DNA of 64,000 nucleotides. Source: Thermodesulfobium acidiphilum (GTDB taxonomy: Bacteria > Thermodesulfobiota > Thermodesulfobiia > Thermodesulfobiales > Thermodesulfobiaceae). Under the pieces are notes generated by a model. That model made no database searches, had not been told where the DNA came from, and was given only the letters and a program-made list of their open reading frames with translations. Location of the stretch: NCBI RefSeq assembly GCF_003057965.1, contig NZ_CP020921.1, forward strand, positions 1,104,916 to 1,168,915, given 5' to 3'. The position numbers and the translations under genes are program-made. Below, one piece after another: positions 1-9,659 of the stretch (within the stretch, counting starts at the first letter, position 1; the number at the start of each line of letters is the position of its first letter).

Positions 1-53
1 CAATTTTAAATATAACATATATGGTATAAATATTTAAATTTTAGGAGTATATA

Positions 54-716
54 GTGATCTCAAAACAATTTGAAAAAAATGTAATGACATTAGGAAAAGA
101 GAATCAGATAAAACTTTTTCACTCTACCGTGTCCATTGTTGGAATGGGTGGCCTTGGGGGCTTTGTACTTGAACACCTTGTCAGATTAGGAGTGGGTCAT
201 ATAAAAATTGTAGACAAGGACATTTTTGAGGAGTCAAACTTAAATAGACAAATACTCTCAGATAACAACTCTCTTGGCAAACCAAAGGTAGAAATAGCCA
301 AAATCAAGGCAAAGAATATAAACAAAAAAATTATAATAGACTCATTTGAGACTGAATTCAATGAAGACACTGCAGATAAAATATTAAAAGGTTCAAATGT
401 GGCAGTAGATGCACTCGATAATAACAATTCCAGGTCACTGTTATTCAGAGTTGCCAAAAGCCTTGGTATACCCGTAGTCCATGCAGCAGTATCAATGACT
501 TCTGGAGAGGTAAAGGTTTTCTTCCCAGAGGACAAAATAATTGACTTTAAGAAAAATAAAGGTACAGAAGAACATATGGGAGTAATTTCACCTACCGTCG
601 CAATAGCCGCATCAATTCAGGCAATGGAAGTGGTAAAAATTTTGACAAATAAAGGCAATGTTCTAAAAAAGGGATTTTATTTTGATTTGATGGATAATTT
701 TTATTCTGTAATTTAG
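54..716 (+). CDS. HesA/MoeB/ThiF family E1-like adenylyltransferase
   Basis: GMGGLG nucleotide-binding loop, D-x-D...SNLNRQ, PKV and DALDN motifs; AGGAG upstream of the GTG start. Confidence 0.9.
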   Translation: MISKQFEKNVMTLGKENQIKLFHSTVSIVGMGGLGGFVLEHLVRLGVGHIKIVDKDIFEESNLNRQILSDNNSLGKPKVEIAKIKAKNINKKIIIDSFETEFNEDTADKILKGSNVAVDALDNNNSRSLLFRVAKSLGIPVVHAAVSMTSGEVKVFFPEDKIIDFKKNKGTEEHMGVISPTVAIAASIQAMEVVKILTNKGNVLKKGFYFDLMDNFYSVI

Positions 717-876
717 TAAAAATATACAATATATAGCATAATACTAAAATTTTAAATATAATTTAAACGCCTTTATTAAAATTTTCTTAAACATTAAAAT
801 ATTTTAAATCCTAAAATTTAATCTTTTATAATTGTGATATACTAATTTTAAAATAAAATAAAAGGGGTGATATACT

Positions 877-2055
877 TTGAAGTTTTTGAGTTTTTTGTTA
901 GCTTTTTTGTTTCTTATATCAGTTCAATCAAGCGCTTATGCTGTAAACGAGCTCTCAAGCCTTGCTGAAAGCAACAACACCTTTGCTTTTAATATGCTTA
1001 GGGAATTAAATTCAGATAAAAATATAGTCTTCTCGCCTTTTAGCATATATACGGCTCTTTCTATTGCATCTTTAGGGGCAGGTGGTATTACAAGAGAAGA
1101 GTTTGACAAAGTTCTAAATAACAATTTGTCTCTTGAACAGTTTCACCAGTCTTACAAGGATATAATAGATAGCGCTTCAATTGGATCAAACAAGTTTAAT
1201 ATTGCAAATGCCATATGGCTTGACAGCGGCTTTCAACCAGAAGAAGATTTTTTGAACAGTGCCACTAACTTATTTGATTCTCACATTGAAAATTTAGACT
1301 TCCAACAAAATCCTAAGGATAGCTCGGACACTATTAACTCGTGGATAGAACAAAACACAAATGGCCTTATAAAAAATTTGTTAAGTCCAGGCAGTATAAA
1401 TAGCAATACTCGTATGATTTTAACCAATGCAATATACTTTAAAGGCAATTGGGAGAAGGCGTTTAATCCCAAAGAAGATTCAGATCTAAATTTTTATGTT
1501 ACATCTGACAAACCAGTAAAGACAACTTTTATGCAGCAAGATGGAGTATTTTTTTATTACGAAAATCAATCAAAAAAATTATTACAGTTAGATTATAAAG
1601 GAAACAGTCTTTCTTTAGTAATAATTTTGCCAGAAAAAAATATAGATAATTTCATAAAAAATTTAAGTGACGAAGAATTTAGATCTTTATTAAGAAGTAC
1701 AAAACCAGAGATGTTGGATATAAAGATTCCAAAATTCAAGTTCATTTTCACATCAGATTTAACCAAACAACTAACCGATTTGGGAATAAAATCAGCTTTT
1801 ACTACTAATGCAGATTTCTCAGGCATAGCCAAATCTGAAGATCTTTATATTTCTGACGTCGTCCACCAAGCATATATAGATGTAAATGAAGCTGGTACAG
1901 AAGCTGCTGCAACCACATCTATAGGTTTTGTTACAACAGCTTACAATCCTATACCAGTAAAAAACTTTATAGCTGATCGCCCATTTATATTTGCAATAAT
2001 GGACAACAAAACAAAAACAATTTTATTTTTAGGAAAAATTTTAAATCCACAATAA
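877..2055 (+). CDS. Secreted serpin (serine protease inhibitor)
   Basis: N-terminal signal peptide; NIVFSPFSI, NAIYFKGNW, hinge EAGTEAAA and FIADRPFIFAI serpin signatures. Confidence 0.95.
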   Translation: MKFLSFLLAFLFLISVQSSAYAVNELSSLAESNNTFAFNMLRELNSDKNIVFSPFSIYTALSIASLGAGGITREEFDKVLNNNLSLEQFHQSYKDIIDSASIGSNKFNIANAIWLDSGFQPEEDFLNSATNLFDSHIENLDFQQNPKDSSDTINSWIEQNTNGLIKNLLSPGSINSNTRMILTNAIYFKGNWEKAFNPKEDSDLNFYVTSDKPVKTTFMQQDGVFFYYENQSKKLLQLDYKGNSLSLVIILPEKNIDNFIKNLSDEEFRSLLRSTKPEMLDIKIPKFKFIFTSDLTKQLTDLGIKSAFTTNADFSGIAKSEDLYISDVVHQAYIDVNEAGTEAAATTSIGFVTTAYNPIPVKNFIADRPFIFAIMDNKTKTILFLGKILNPQ

Positions 2056-2068
2056 AGGAGGCTATTTA

Positions 2069-3178
2069 ATGAAATTGTTAAGGTTTTTTTCAATTTTTAG
2101 CATTATATTATTATTTTTTACTCTTCTTGAATCCCTTGATAGGGTATCGTATGCAAGTACTACATGTCCAGAAAACGACATAAATTGTGTTTTAAGCTCT
2201 CTTGACAGCTCAGATTACGTAAAGTTTACAAAATCTGAAACAGAATATGGCTTAACTATAGAAGAAAGCGAATTAAGCGTTGAAACATACAACGAAAATG
2301 AAAACTCCAAGCCATGGTTCTTGGGTCACCAGATTCCTGAAAATGCAAAGTATTATGTAACAGGAAAATTGACTCTATTTAGAGGCTTTAAAGCAACTCC
2401 AGAAAACTCTATTTTCAAAACACTATTAGAACAATATCCAGATTTAAGGGGTAAAGACCTTTCATCATTGGTAGGAGACAGTTTCGAATGTATATTTAAC
2501 ACTAAGGATGATCTAAAGGATTTTCTTACCAATGGCCTAAGTGAGAAATACGTCAGTGATGGCAAGTTAATTACAGATCTTGAAAAGATAGAAAATATTA
2601 AATCAGATAGCTGGAGACCAATCAATCACACAATTGTTAAAAAACCTGCAATATATCTCTATCCTACTGCAGATAGCACAATTAGCGTATCAATAGATCC
2701 AAATGGCAAAATTACAAAGACTATTCCTGACTATAATGGAAAATGGACGGTAAATGTAACGAAGAATGGCAAAATAGATAAAAAGTATGATTATCTATTT
2801 TATGAAGCTACTTTAAATGAAGGCTTCACGCCAACTGAGGGTTGGGTTGTAAATTACAATGACCTTAGTCTGTTTTTTGACAAATTCCTTCCAGTATTAG
2901 GATTGAACAAGAAAGAGACAGCACAATTCAAAGAATACTGGCTCAAAGAGTTAAAAAGAGCTAACTATTATCTGATAAGTCCTGTATCAAAGGAATTCAT
3001 TGAAAAAAATCTAAAGTTAGAAGTCACCCCTTCTCCAGATACTGTAATAAGAGTAATATTATACTTCAGCCCTATTAATAACCCAATTGATATAAAAACA
3101 CCTGTTTTAGAAAAGCCCACAAGAAATGGCTTTACCCTTGTAGAATGGGGAGGCATATTGGAAGATAAAATTAAATAA
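2069..3178 (+). CDS. Exported hypothetical protein with C-terminal KPAIYLYP...YLFYE...VEWGG domain
   Basis: 369-aa ORF, AAGGAGG SD, hydrophobic N-terminus; C-terminal motifs recall an uncharacterised bacterial family. Confidence 0.75.
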   Translation: MKLLRFFSIFSIILLFFTLLESLDRVSYASTTCPENDINCVLSSLDSSDYVKFTKSETEYGLTIEESELSVETYNENENSKPWFLGHQIPENAKYYVTGKLTLFRGFKATPENSIFKTLLEQYPDLRGKDLSSLVGDSFECIFNTKDDLKDFLTNGLSEKYVSDGKLITDLEKIENIKSDSWRPINHTIVKKPAIYLYPTADSTISVSIDPNGKITKTIPDYNGKWTVNVTKNGKIDKKYDYLFYEATLNEGFTPTEGWVVNYNDLSLFFDKFLPVLGLNKKETAQFKEYWLKELKRANYYLISPVSKEFIEKNLKLEVTPSPDTVIRVILYFSPINNPIDIKTPVLEKPTRNGFTLVEWGGILEDKIK

Positions 3179-3211
3179 TAAGCTTAACAATAAGTCAACG
3201 GTGCGCAATTA

Positions 3212-3243
3212 ATGGGCGCAATTTCTTGCGCCCATATTTTTTT
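3212..3243. terminator. Intrinsic terminator between convergent genes
   Basis: Perfect 10-bp stem ATGGGCGCAA/TTGCGCCCAT, 4-nt loop, T-run on + strand. Confidence 0.8.
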
Positions 3244-4867
3244 AGAAGCTTACGTCCATCTGAATGTAATATCTTTGATCGGTATCAAGCTGCATTGGGT
3301 TAAAAGTATAATATACCTGGTTTGTTACATCAGTAGCATAAGGCTTTTTACCTTTCCAGTATTCATAGTTAAATTTCAAAGTAGTATTCTTTGCTATAGG
3401 CAGTATATACCATACCTGATAGAAATCCTTCCAGGAGGTATCAGAGCTAGAGTAGAAAAATGCTACAGGATTATACCATTTGTTGTTTCCGAAATAAAAA
3501 TCACCCCACAAATAACCAACAGGAAGTTTATACAATGCTCCAATTCTCCAAGCACCGCCATTTACAGAATTCATCCCAGAATAAGTATAATTTGCTGAAG
3601 AACCAGCAATTCCAGCAGGCATATCTACGCTTGTGCCCTCGTAGCCAGCCCAGAAATTAATTCCGTAAAAGTTGAAATCAGATTGGATTGTCCACCAATT
3701 ATACTTTCCATACTGAGGATTGGAAGCCGAAATAGACGTTACATTGTTAGAAAAATAGGTAAACTTAGGCATTGTGCCATAATCAGCTTCCAAACCTATA
3801 GCATTAAAAATCTTTGACTTAAAGCTTGCAATATAGGCGTCTCTATCCTTTAAGCCATACGTCTCATTGCTCGCTGTTATCAAGCCATCATCAAAAAACT
3901 TCACCCATGCAAGTGAAAGATTGGACTGTGGTAAGAAATTATTCAGGTCAAACCTTACTATTGCACCTTCAGTCTCTGAATCAAGAAAGAATTTATTGAA
4001 GTATTGACCGTCAACCATAGTAGGCAACCTTCCAAGCAAAAGGGTTACCGGATATGGATTTAAATTCCATGTAATAAATGACCTTTCTACAAATAACCTA
4101 TTGTCGTTGTCATTGTATCCTGAAGTAATAGCTCCAGTCTTTGGATTTCCAAAGGGACTTGAGAGATCGCCTGTTCCATTTACACCTGCGTTCTTCTCCA
4201 TTGTGAGCCTGCCGGTATACGTTATATTGTCTGCAACTGGTGCATTAACGTTTAGCCTTATATAGTAGCGCATAAATGTATCTTCTTTATCTAAGGGCTT
4301 TGTAGTTTGTGCACCACTTGGATATAGACCGTTTACAACAGGTAGCACGTAAGATCCGTTAATTGTGGTGCCTGGCAAATTTTGAGTCGTATACCCTAAA
4401 GAAGCAACCTTATATGGCTCACCAAGTGCATAGAAAGTTTGTTTTCGATAGGCAAGCCTAAATCTTGCATCACCAGTAAAGTTTACTGTGTCAAGAGCTG
4501 CTTTCTTCTCAAGTGCTGCAACTCTGACGTTTAAAGATGCAAGTTCTGACTTAAACTCTTGGGCTAACTTCATAAGCGTTGCGATGTCGTTAGAATTAAG
4601 CTCTATCTTTTGATCCTGTGCGTTCTGGCCTTTTTCATACATGTCGAGCATTCTTGCAACTACCATTGCCATCTCATAACGGGTGGCTGTTCTCTCACCT
4701 CTGAATGTTCCATCGCCATAACCAATGACCAATCCCTTTGCTGCTAAGCCTTGCACTGCCTTATATGCCCAAGAATTAGCAGGCACGTCTGAGAATGGCC
4801 CTGCAAATGCAGATGAAGTTAACAAAAAAAAGAATAATAGAGCAAAAAACAATGAAAATTTTCTCAA
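3242..4867 (-). CDS. SLH-domain major outer membrane protein (OmpM-like)
   Basis: Signal peptide; SLH motif (FSDVPANSWAY...GYGDGTFRG...TRYEMA); coiled-coil stalk; aromatic-rich beta-barrel ending in Phe. Confidence 0.88.
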   Translation of the reverse strand: MRKFSLFFALLFFFLLTSSAFAGPFSDVPANSWAYKAVQGLAAKGLVIGYGDGTFRGERTATRYEMAMVVARMLDMYEKGQNAQDQKIELNSNDIATLMKLAQEFKSELASLNVRVAALEKKAALDTVNFTGDARFRLAYRKQTFYALGEPYKVASLGYTTQNLPGTTINGSYVLPVVNGLYPSGAQTTKPLDKEDTFMRYYIRLNVNAPVADNITYTGRLTMEKNAGVNGTGDLSSPFGNPKTGAITSGYNDNDNRLFVERSFITWNLNPYPVTLLLGRLPTMVDGQYFNKFFLDSETEGAIVRFDLNNFLPQSNLSLAWVKFFDDGLITASNETYGLKDRDAYIASFKSKIFNAIGLEADYGTMPKFTYFSNNVTSISASNPQYGKYNWWTIQSDFNFYGINFWAGYEGTSVDMPAGIAGSSANYTYSGMNSVNGGAWRIGALYKLPVGYLWGDFYFGNNKWYNPVAFFYSSSDTSWKDFYQVWYILPIAKNTTLKFNYEYWKGKKPYATDVTNQVYYTFNPMQLDTDQRYYIQMDVSF

Positions 4868-4972
4868 CTCATCTCCTCCTCACATGAAAACTGAAAAACT
4901 AAGCTAAGCTAAAAATTCACCTCCCTTTTAAAAAATTAGAACATTTATTTAAAAAGATTTGAATTAGATTAA

Positions 4973-5000
4973 ATTATAATTAAAATTAGATTAGTGTCAA
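4973..5000 (-). promoter_or_regulatory. Consensus sigma70/sigmaA promoter for the OmpM-like gene
   Basis: Minus strand reads TTGACA-N16-TATAAT, about 100 nt upstream of the start codon. Confidence 0.75.
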
Positions 5001-5177
5001 CAAATCGAATTGTTTTATAAAAGAAAAAGAAATACAAACATAAAAAAAACTCTTATTTAATTTTAAAGAAAAAAAATAATACCCCTCTTCCCTTTAAAAC
5101 GCATTCAAAAAAATCTATCAAAATCTTCTTTATAGAATTTTAGATATGACCCTGTTAAAATTTCATTATACTTAAGT

Positions 5178-5480
5178 CTATTTATTTTTTTCTATCATCT
5201 CCTCTACTTCTTTTGCCCCCTCTTCATAATATTTTTCCTCATCTGGAGACAATTCTTTCAAAAGTCTTAGAAATTCTCCAGCATGCACTCTTTCTTCATT
5301 AGCTATGTCTATTAAAACATCTTTAGCTAACTTATTATCTGTGGATTCAGCTAGTTGCATATATAATTGTATTGCCTCGTATTCTGCAGCTACCATAAAA
5401 CGTATCGCTCTTATAAGTTCCTCATTTGTAATCTTGTTTTTATTAGCAAGTCCAGCAAATGGCGTACCAAAATCAGGCAT
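5178..5480 (-). CDS. Short ferritin-like protein (encapsulated-ferritin/Flp-like)
   Basis: AEYEAIQLY and NEERVHAGEF di-iron half-site motifs in a 100-aa protein. Confidence 0.8.
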   Translation of the reverse strand: MPDFGTPFAGLANKNKITNEELIRAIRFMVAAEYEAIQLYMQLAESTDNKLAKDVLIDIANEERVHAGEFLRLLKELSPDEEKYYEEGAKEVEEMIEKNK

Positions 5481-5606
5481 ACTATAATCTCCTTTTTTTA
5501 TTTTTAAATAAAAAAATTATAGCATAATTAACAAATCAAAATTTATCTTTGTTCTTATAAAATATTTCTAATATCTTTATTGAAATCTTTTTTAAATAGC
5601 ATACAA

Positions 5607-6497
5607 TTAAATTTTTGTCCTTTTAAGTTTTATTAAATTATTTAAATAAATTAACGCTAATGCTGTTAATATAAGGAATATCCCTATAATTTCATTTTCT
5701 CCAGGAGCTTCCCCAAGATGATACCACGCCTCAATGATTGAAAAAATTGGAACAAGTAAAGAAGTCAATCCTAATACTGAAGGAGAAATATTTTTTAGAA
5801 GATATAGCCACAAAAACCAGGCAAAACCAGTTGCAAGAACTCCAATAAAAAATAAAGCAAGAACGAGAGTTAAGTTAACTTCAATTGGTTTTGATATTTT
5901 AACAAAAAAAGAAAAAAGAAAAACACCTAAAAAACCGAATAACATCTGCCAGAAAGAAAGATTAATACCATCTATCTTTTCTTTACTTCTCCATATAAAA
6001 ACTGCAACAATGTTTGCTGCAGCCCATGATAATCCCCCTAATAAAGCAGCAATATAACTAAAAAAATCAGAATGTGAGGCCCATGGTTTCAAAATAAAAA
6101 ATAGTCCTAATAAAGCCAAAACAAAGGATATCTCTTGTAAAATAGAGAATTTTTCTTTTAAAAACAACACAGAAAAAAGTATAGTCCAAAATGGCATAGA
6201 ATAAATAAGAAGAACTACTTTTCCAGCTCCACCTTGAACCAGCGCTAAATTATAAAAGATCATCAACAAAGAGTTTTGCAAAAAACCAAGGATAATGACT
6301 AACCATATATTCTTAGGTATTGTTAATTTTTTCAAAGAAAGCACAATTACAAATAAAAACATAGCCCCAATAAGAGTTCTTAACAAAGAGAGTTCAAAGG
6401 GATCAATGTATAAAAGCGCAACCTTAGTAACAATTGCTGTATAAGACCATATTATTATTAAAATAAAAAACAAAAAATTAGAAAATAGGTTGTTCAT
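5607..6497 (-). CDS. DMT/EamA family transporter
   Basis: About 10 hydrophobic segments in two repeats; FLKEK and LGE motifs. Confidence 0.88.
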   Translation of the reverse strand: MNNLFSNFLFFILIIIWSYTAIVTKVALLYIDPFELSLLRTLIGAMFLFVIVLSLKKLTIPKNIWLVIILGFLQNSLLMIFYNLALVQGGAGKVVLLIYSMPFWTILFSVLFLKEKFSILQEISFVLALLGLFFILKPWASHSDFFSYIAALLGGLSWAAANIVAVFIWRSKEKIDGINLSFWQMLFGFLGVFLFSFFVKISKPIEVNLTLVLALFFIGVLATGFAWFLWLYLLKNISPSVLGLTSLLVPIFSIIEAWYHLGEAPGENEIIGIFLILTALALIYLNNLIKLKRTKI

Positions 6498-6664
6498 AAA
6501 GTAAATTTTAACATCAAAATTTCAAAAGGATAAGCAAAGCTTTAGTAAGAGATAGTTAATTCTAAAACCAAAAAGTTAAAAATAAAACCTGGCTGCATTT
6601 AGATTCTCCCAAAAATACTTACTTAGGAAGAAATAAATTTACAAATATCAAAGGTTATTAGTAG

Positions 6665-7219
6665 CTATTGTTTGTCTTGGCCTCTAATGGAATTCTTGTC
6701 TACGTATGGAGCCAGTACAAAGCCTTCGCCTGGGAATACTGAAATGGGATTGCCATCCTTCAAAAAAACAACTTTCTTTACCCCAGGAAAACTCTCACAA
6801 GTATATACAATTTGCTTAAGAATATTACTAACCCTAAAAGAACCCCTTGCTTCGTAAAAAGAAGCAGGCAAGTCAAGCAAAACCTTATCTCCTTCTAAAA
6901 TTACCTTATTAGGAGTCACCTTTGGCAATTCAGAAAAGTATCCACTTTTTCTCTCCTCTTCTGAAGGACCTCTGAAAAGAGAATCAATTAATTCAGAAAT
7001 TGTACCAACCTGTTTTCTTACAGGAACAATTTTGCCTTCCTGCTCCCAGTATATCATAGCTTCATATCTTTGATTGTGATTGACAGGAGATACAGATTGT
7101 TGAGAAGTATTAGGTTTGGCATTATTCACGCCTTGTTGATTACTATTATTTTGATTCTCATTACAACCGCCTAAAAAGAACAAACCAATTATAAGAATTA
7201 AAACTAAAAGTTTCCTCAT
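6665..7219 (-). CDS. GerMN-domain lipoprotein
   Basis: Lipobox LGGC, N/Q-rich linker, LFRGPS..E and QIVYT...FPGVKKV GerMN motifs. Confidence 0.82.
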   Translation of the reverse strand: MRKLLVLILIIGLFFLGGCNENQNNSNQQGVNNAKPNTSQQSVSPVNHNQRYEAMIYWEQEGKIVPVRKQVGTISELIDSLFRGPSEEERKSGYFSELPKVTPNKVILEGDKVLLDLPASFYEARGSFRVSNILKQIVYTCESFPGVKKVVFLKDGNPISVFPGEGFVLAPYVDKNSIRGQDKQ

Positions 7220-8346
7220 TGATATATCTCCTTATAAGAATCATAAATTCCTTGTGCAATAGCCTGTGCTATTTTTTCTTGATATGCTGCATCATAGACT
7301 TGTGCAGCCACTGTAGGATTAGTAATAAAATCAGTTTCGATCAAAATCGATGGCATTGTAGTATATTTTATTACCCAAAATGGCCTTCTAATTGGTCTAT
7401 CGGTATAAACAGGATTAACCTTCGAAATATCGTTAATCATTATACTTGCGTACCTATAACTCTGTGGAGTATAGTAATAAACCTGAGTCCCATGTATCGA
7501 CGGATCAGCACAGGCATTAAAATGAATGCTCAAAAAAAGAGCTGCCCTATTTTCATTTGCTATATTCACCCTTGCTTGAAGCTCAGATTCATCAGCGTCA
7601 AAACCCGGCATATTTGGTTTACCCCATACATCTGTGTCAGTTTCTCTAGTCATTATAACCTTAAAACCCATTTTTTCAAGTATGGGCTTTAAATGTAAAG
7701 CAACTCCTAACGTTGCTACCTTTTCTTGAACACCATTTGCCACACATCCAGGATCAGATCCTCCATGACCCGGATCAATTACTATAATCTTTGAATTTTT
7801 AGCATTTAATGTACTGATAGAGCTACTCGTTACATTCAAATTTTCCTGAGAAGGCTGAGTTTTTGCAAGTTGATTTTTCTCTGGAGCATAATTATAAGGT
7901 ACCACATTTTGTAACTCGCTTGTTATATCTTTTGCAAGGCTTATCAACGGAGTAGAACTTCCTACACTTATAAGTATTCCACCATCAATTTTTGTTATAT
8001 TATACTTTGCCTTAACGTTACTTCCTACAACTACCCTTACCATATCAGGTGTGTTCTGAGCAAAATGAATTTCACTCACAACATCTGTATTAGAAGTAGG
8101 TATAATAGCTCCTTTTCTGATAATTTTAGAGTTTTCTATATTTAAAACTATCCTTCCATCTTCCAATCTAAAATAGCTAAATTTAGGATTTCCCTGAATC
8201 TGAACAAATACAACTGCACTATTATTTTGAGAGGATTTAAAGAAAACGTTTTGAACAGTAAGGAGTTCTCCAGCCCTAGCAATATTATATGAAAAAGCCA
8301 TAGCACACAACAAGAAAAAAATTATATCAAAATACCTTAACCTCAT
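7216..8346 (-). CDS. N-acetylmuramoyl-L-alanine amidase (AMIN + Amidase_3)
   Basis: IVIDPGHGGSDPG, SIHFN and PSILIE zinc-amidase motifs; N-terminal AMIN-like region; signal peptide. Confidence 0.92.
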   Translation of the reverse strand: MRLRYFDIIFFLLCAMAFSYNIARAGELLTVQNVFFKSSQNNSAVVFVQIQGNPKFSYFRLEDGRIVLNIENSKIIRKGAIIPTSNTDVVSEIHFAQNTPDMVRVVVGSNVKAKYNITKIDGGILISVGSSTPLISLAKDITSELQNVVPYNYAPEKNQLAKTQPSQENLNVTSSSISTLNAKNSKIIVIDPGHGGSDPGCVANGVQEKVATLGVALHLKPILEKMGFKVIMTRETDTDVWGKPNMPGFDADESELQARVNIANENRAALFLSIHFNACADPSIHGTQVYYYTPQSYRYASIMINDISKVNPVYTDRPIRRPFWVIKYTTMPSILIETDFITNPTVAAQVYDAAYQEKIAQAIAQGIYDSYKEIYQ

Positions 8347-9089
8347 TGGGGTGTTAGCTCTTTTATTAACATATTTACCTCAGAGCTTTGATCAGAATTA
8401 AAATATATTTTAAAAGGCTTTGTATCAGGCCAAATTGGCCATACTCTCCTGCCAGTTATTCCGTCATATAAATCGTTATAAGAAACTATAGTTCCTTCTA
8501 AATCTTTTTTAGATGGAATTTGTTTTTCACCTTCGGGATAGATTAATCTACCCTCTTTATTGTATACCTCAAGCCATGCGTCTACCTCTACCCATCCCTG
8601 AGAAAGTCTTTTCAGTCTGTCTGTAACAACATACACATATCTTAAAGGATTTATTGGTTTTAATCCCATAGGACTTACTGGGTTTGTATCGAAAAATGAA
8701 AATACATAAAGTTTACTCGCGTTATATTTAGCTAATATATTCTTTACAATTCTTTCATTTAAAGGACCATGCGATCTGTCAAGAAGAACTTTTTTACTAA
8801 ACTCATCTACTTTAACGTTCTTCCCTACAGCTATATGCATTTTGGCCTCCCTTGGATCTACAAATTTTATCTCCCCTAAATTGCTAAAGAAACTATCGTC
8901 CTTAACTGCACTTCTAACTTCTTTTAAAAAAATATCTTTTGGACCATAATAATCTGCCAATAACAAAACGGGCACGCACTTTTTCTCCTTTTCCTCTGAA
9001 TACCCCATCGAAGAAAAAGAAGAAAACAAAAAAATTAAAAGCGACAAAAAAATAAATATATACTTAATATTATATACCCACCAACACAA
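8343..9089 (-). CDS. Hypothetical exported/membrane-anchored protein
   Basis: 248-aa ORF with hydrophobic N-terminus; stop overlaps the amidase start; start codon uncertain. Confidence 0.6.
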   Translation of the reverse strand: MCWWVYNIKYIFIFLSLLIFLFSSFSSMGYSEEKEKKCVPVLLLADYYGPKDIFLKEVRSAVKDDSFFSNLGEIKFVDPREAKMHIAVGKNVKVDEFSKKVLLDRSHGPLNERIVKNILAKYNASKLYVFSFFDTNPVSPMGLKPINPLRYVYVVTDRLKRLSQGWVEVDAWLEVYNKEGRLIYPEGEKQIPSKKDLEGTIVSYNDLYDGITGRRVWPIWPDTKPFKIYFNSDQSSEVNMLIKELTPQ

Positions 9090-9185
9090 TAATCATTAAT
9101 TAAATTATAACAATAAAAATTAAAATATAATTAAAATCCTTATATTAAATAAGTTTATTCAATGATATTTACAACATCTACTAAA

Positions 9186-9659
9186 TTACCTGGCTGGCCT
9201 ATAAATTCCTATATGAACTATAAGTGCATCATCAGTAGAGAAAGCAATACCTTTATTGTCATACCTTGCATAAACCTCAGCAATAGTAGAACCGTCAGGA
9301 TGATCATCAGAAATAGTTGGTATACCGAAGACATTTAAAGCTTTTTCGATGTGATCTCCTAAACAAATTCCCTCTTTTGTAATATAAAATTTGCTCAAAA
9401 ACATAACTGGAAAAGCATAGACATTTATTAAATCTAAAACCCAATTGTCTGAAATTTTTTCGTAATACATTTCTAAATTAGCATGTTCAAATCCTTCAAT
9501 TTTAAAAAATCTACCGTCAAGTTCAAAATCCTTGCTGCTTGTTGGTTCTGTATCCAAAATTTTATTAACTTCCATGGGATTCATTCCTAATCTTATATCG
9601 CCAACACCAACACCTGGTAAAATTAGCCAAGGATTCTTTTTTACAGGTCTATTAGCCAT
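9186..9659 (-). CDS. Hypothetical protein
   Basis: 157-aa ORF overlapping the acyltransferase stop; I-x-PG-x-GVG-x-I-x-LGM and GICLGD repeat-like motifs. Confidence 0.65.
   Translation of the reverse strand: MANRPVKKNPWLILPGVGVGDIRLGMNPMEVNKILDTEPTSSKDFELDGRFFKIEGFEHANLEMYYEKISDNWVLDLINVYAFPVMFLSKFYITKEGICLGDHIEKALNVFGIPTISDDHPDGSTIAEVYARYDNKGIAFSTDDALIVHIGIYRPAR

Noticed and set aside
3242-4867. Higher GC of the OmpM-like gene as a sign of horizontal transfer
   Set aside because: Explained adequately by Gly/Ala/Thr-rich composition and high-expression codon bias; no mobility signs.
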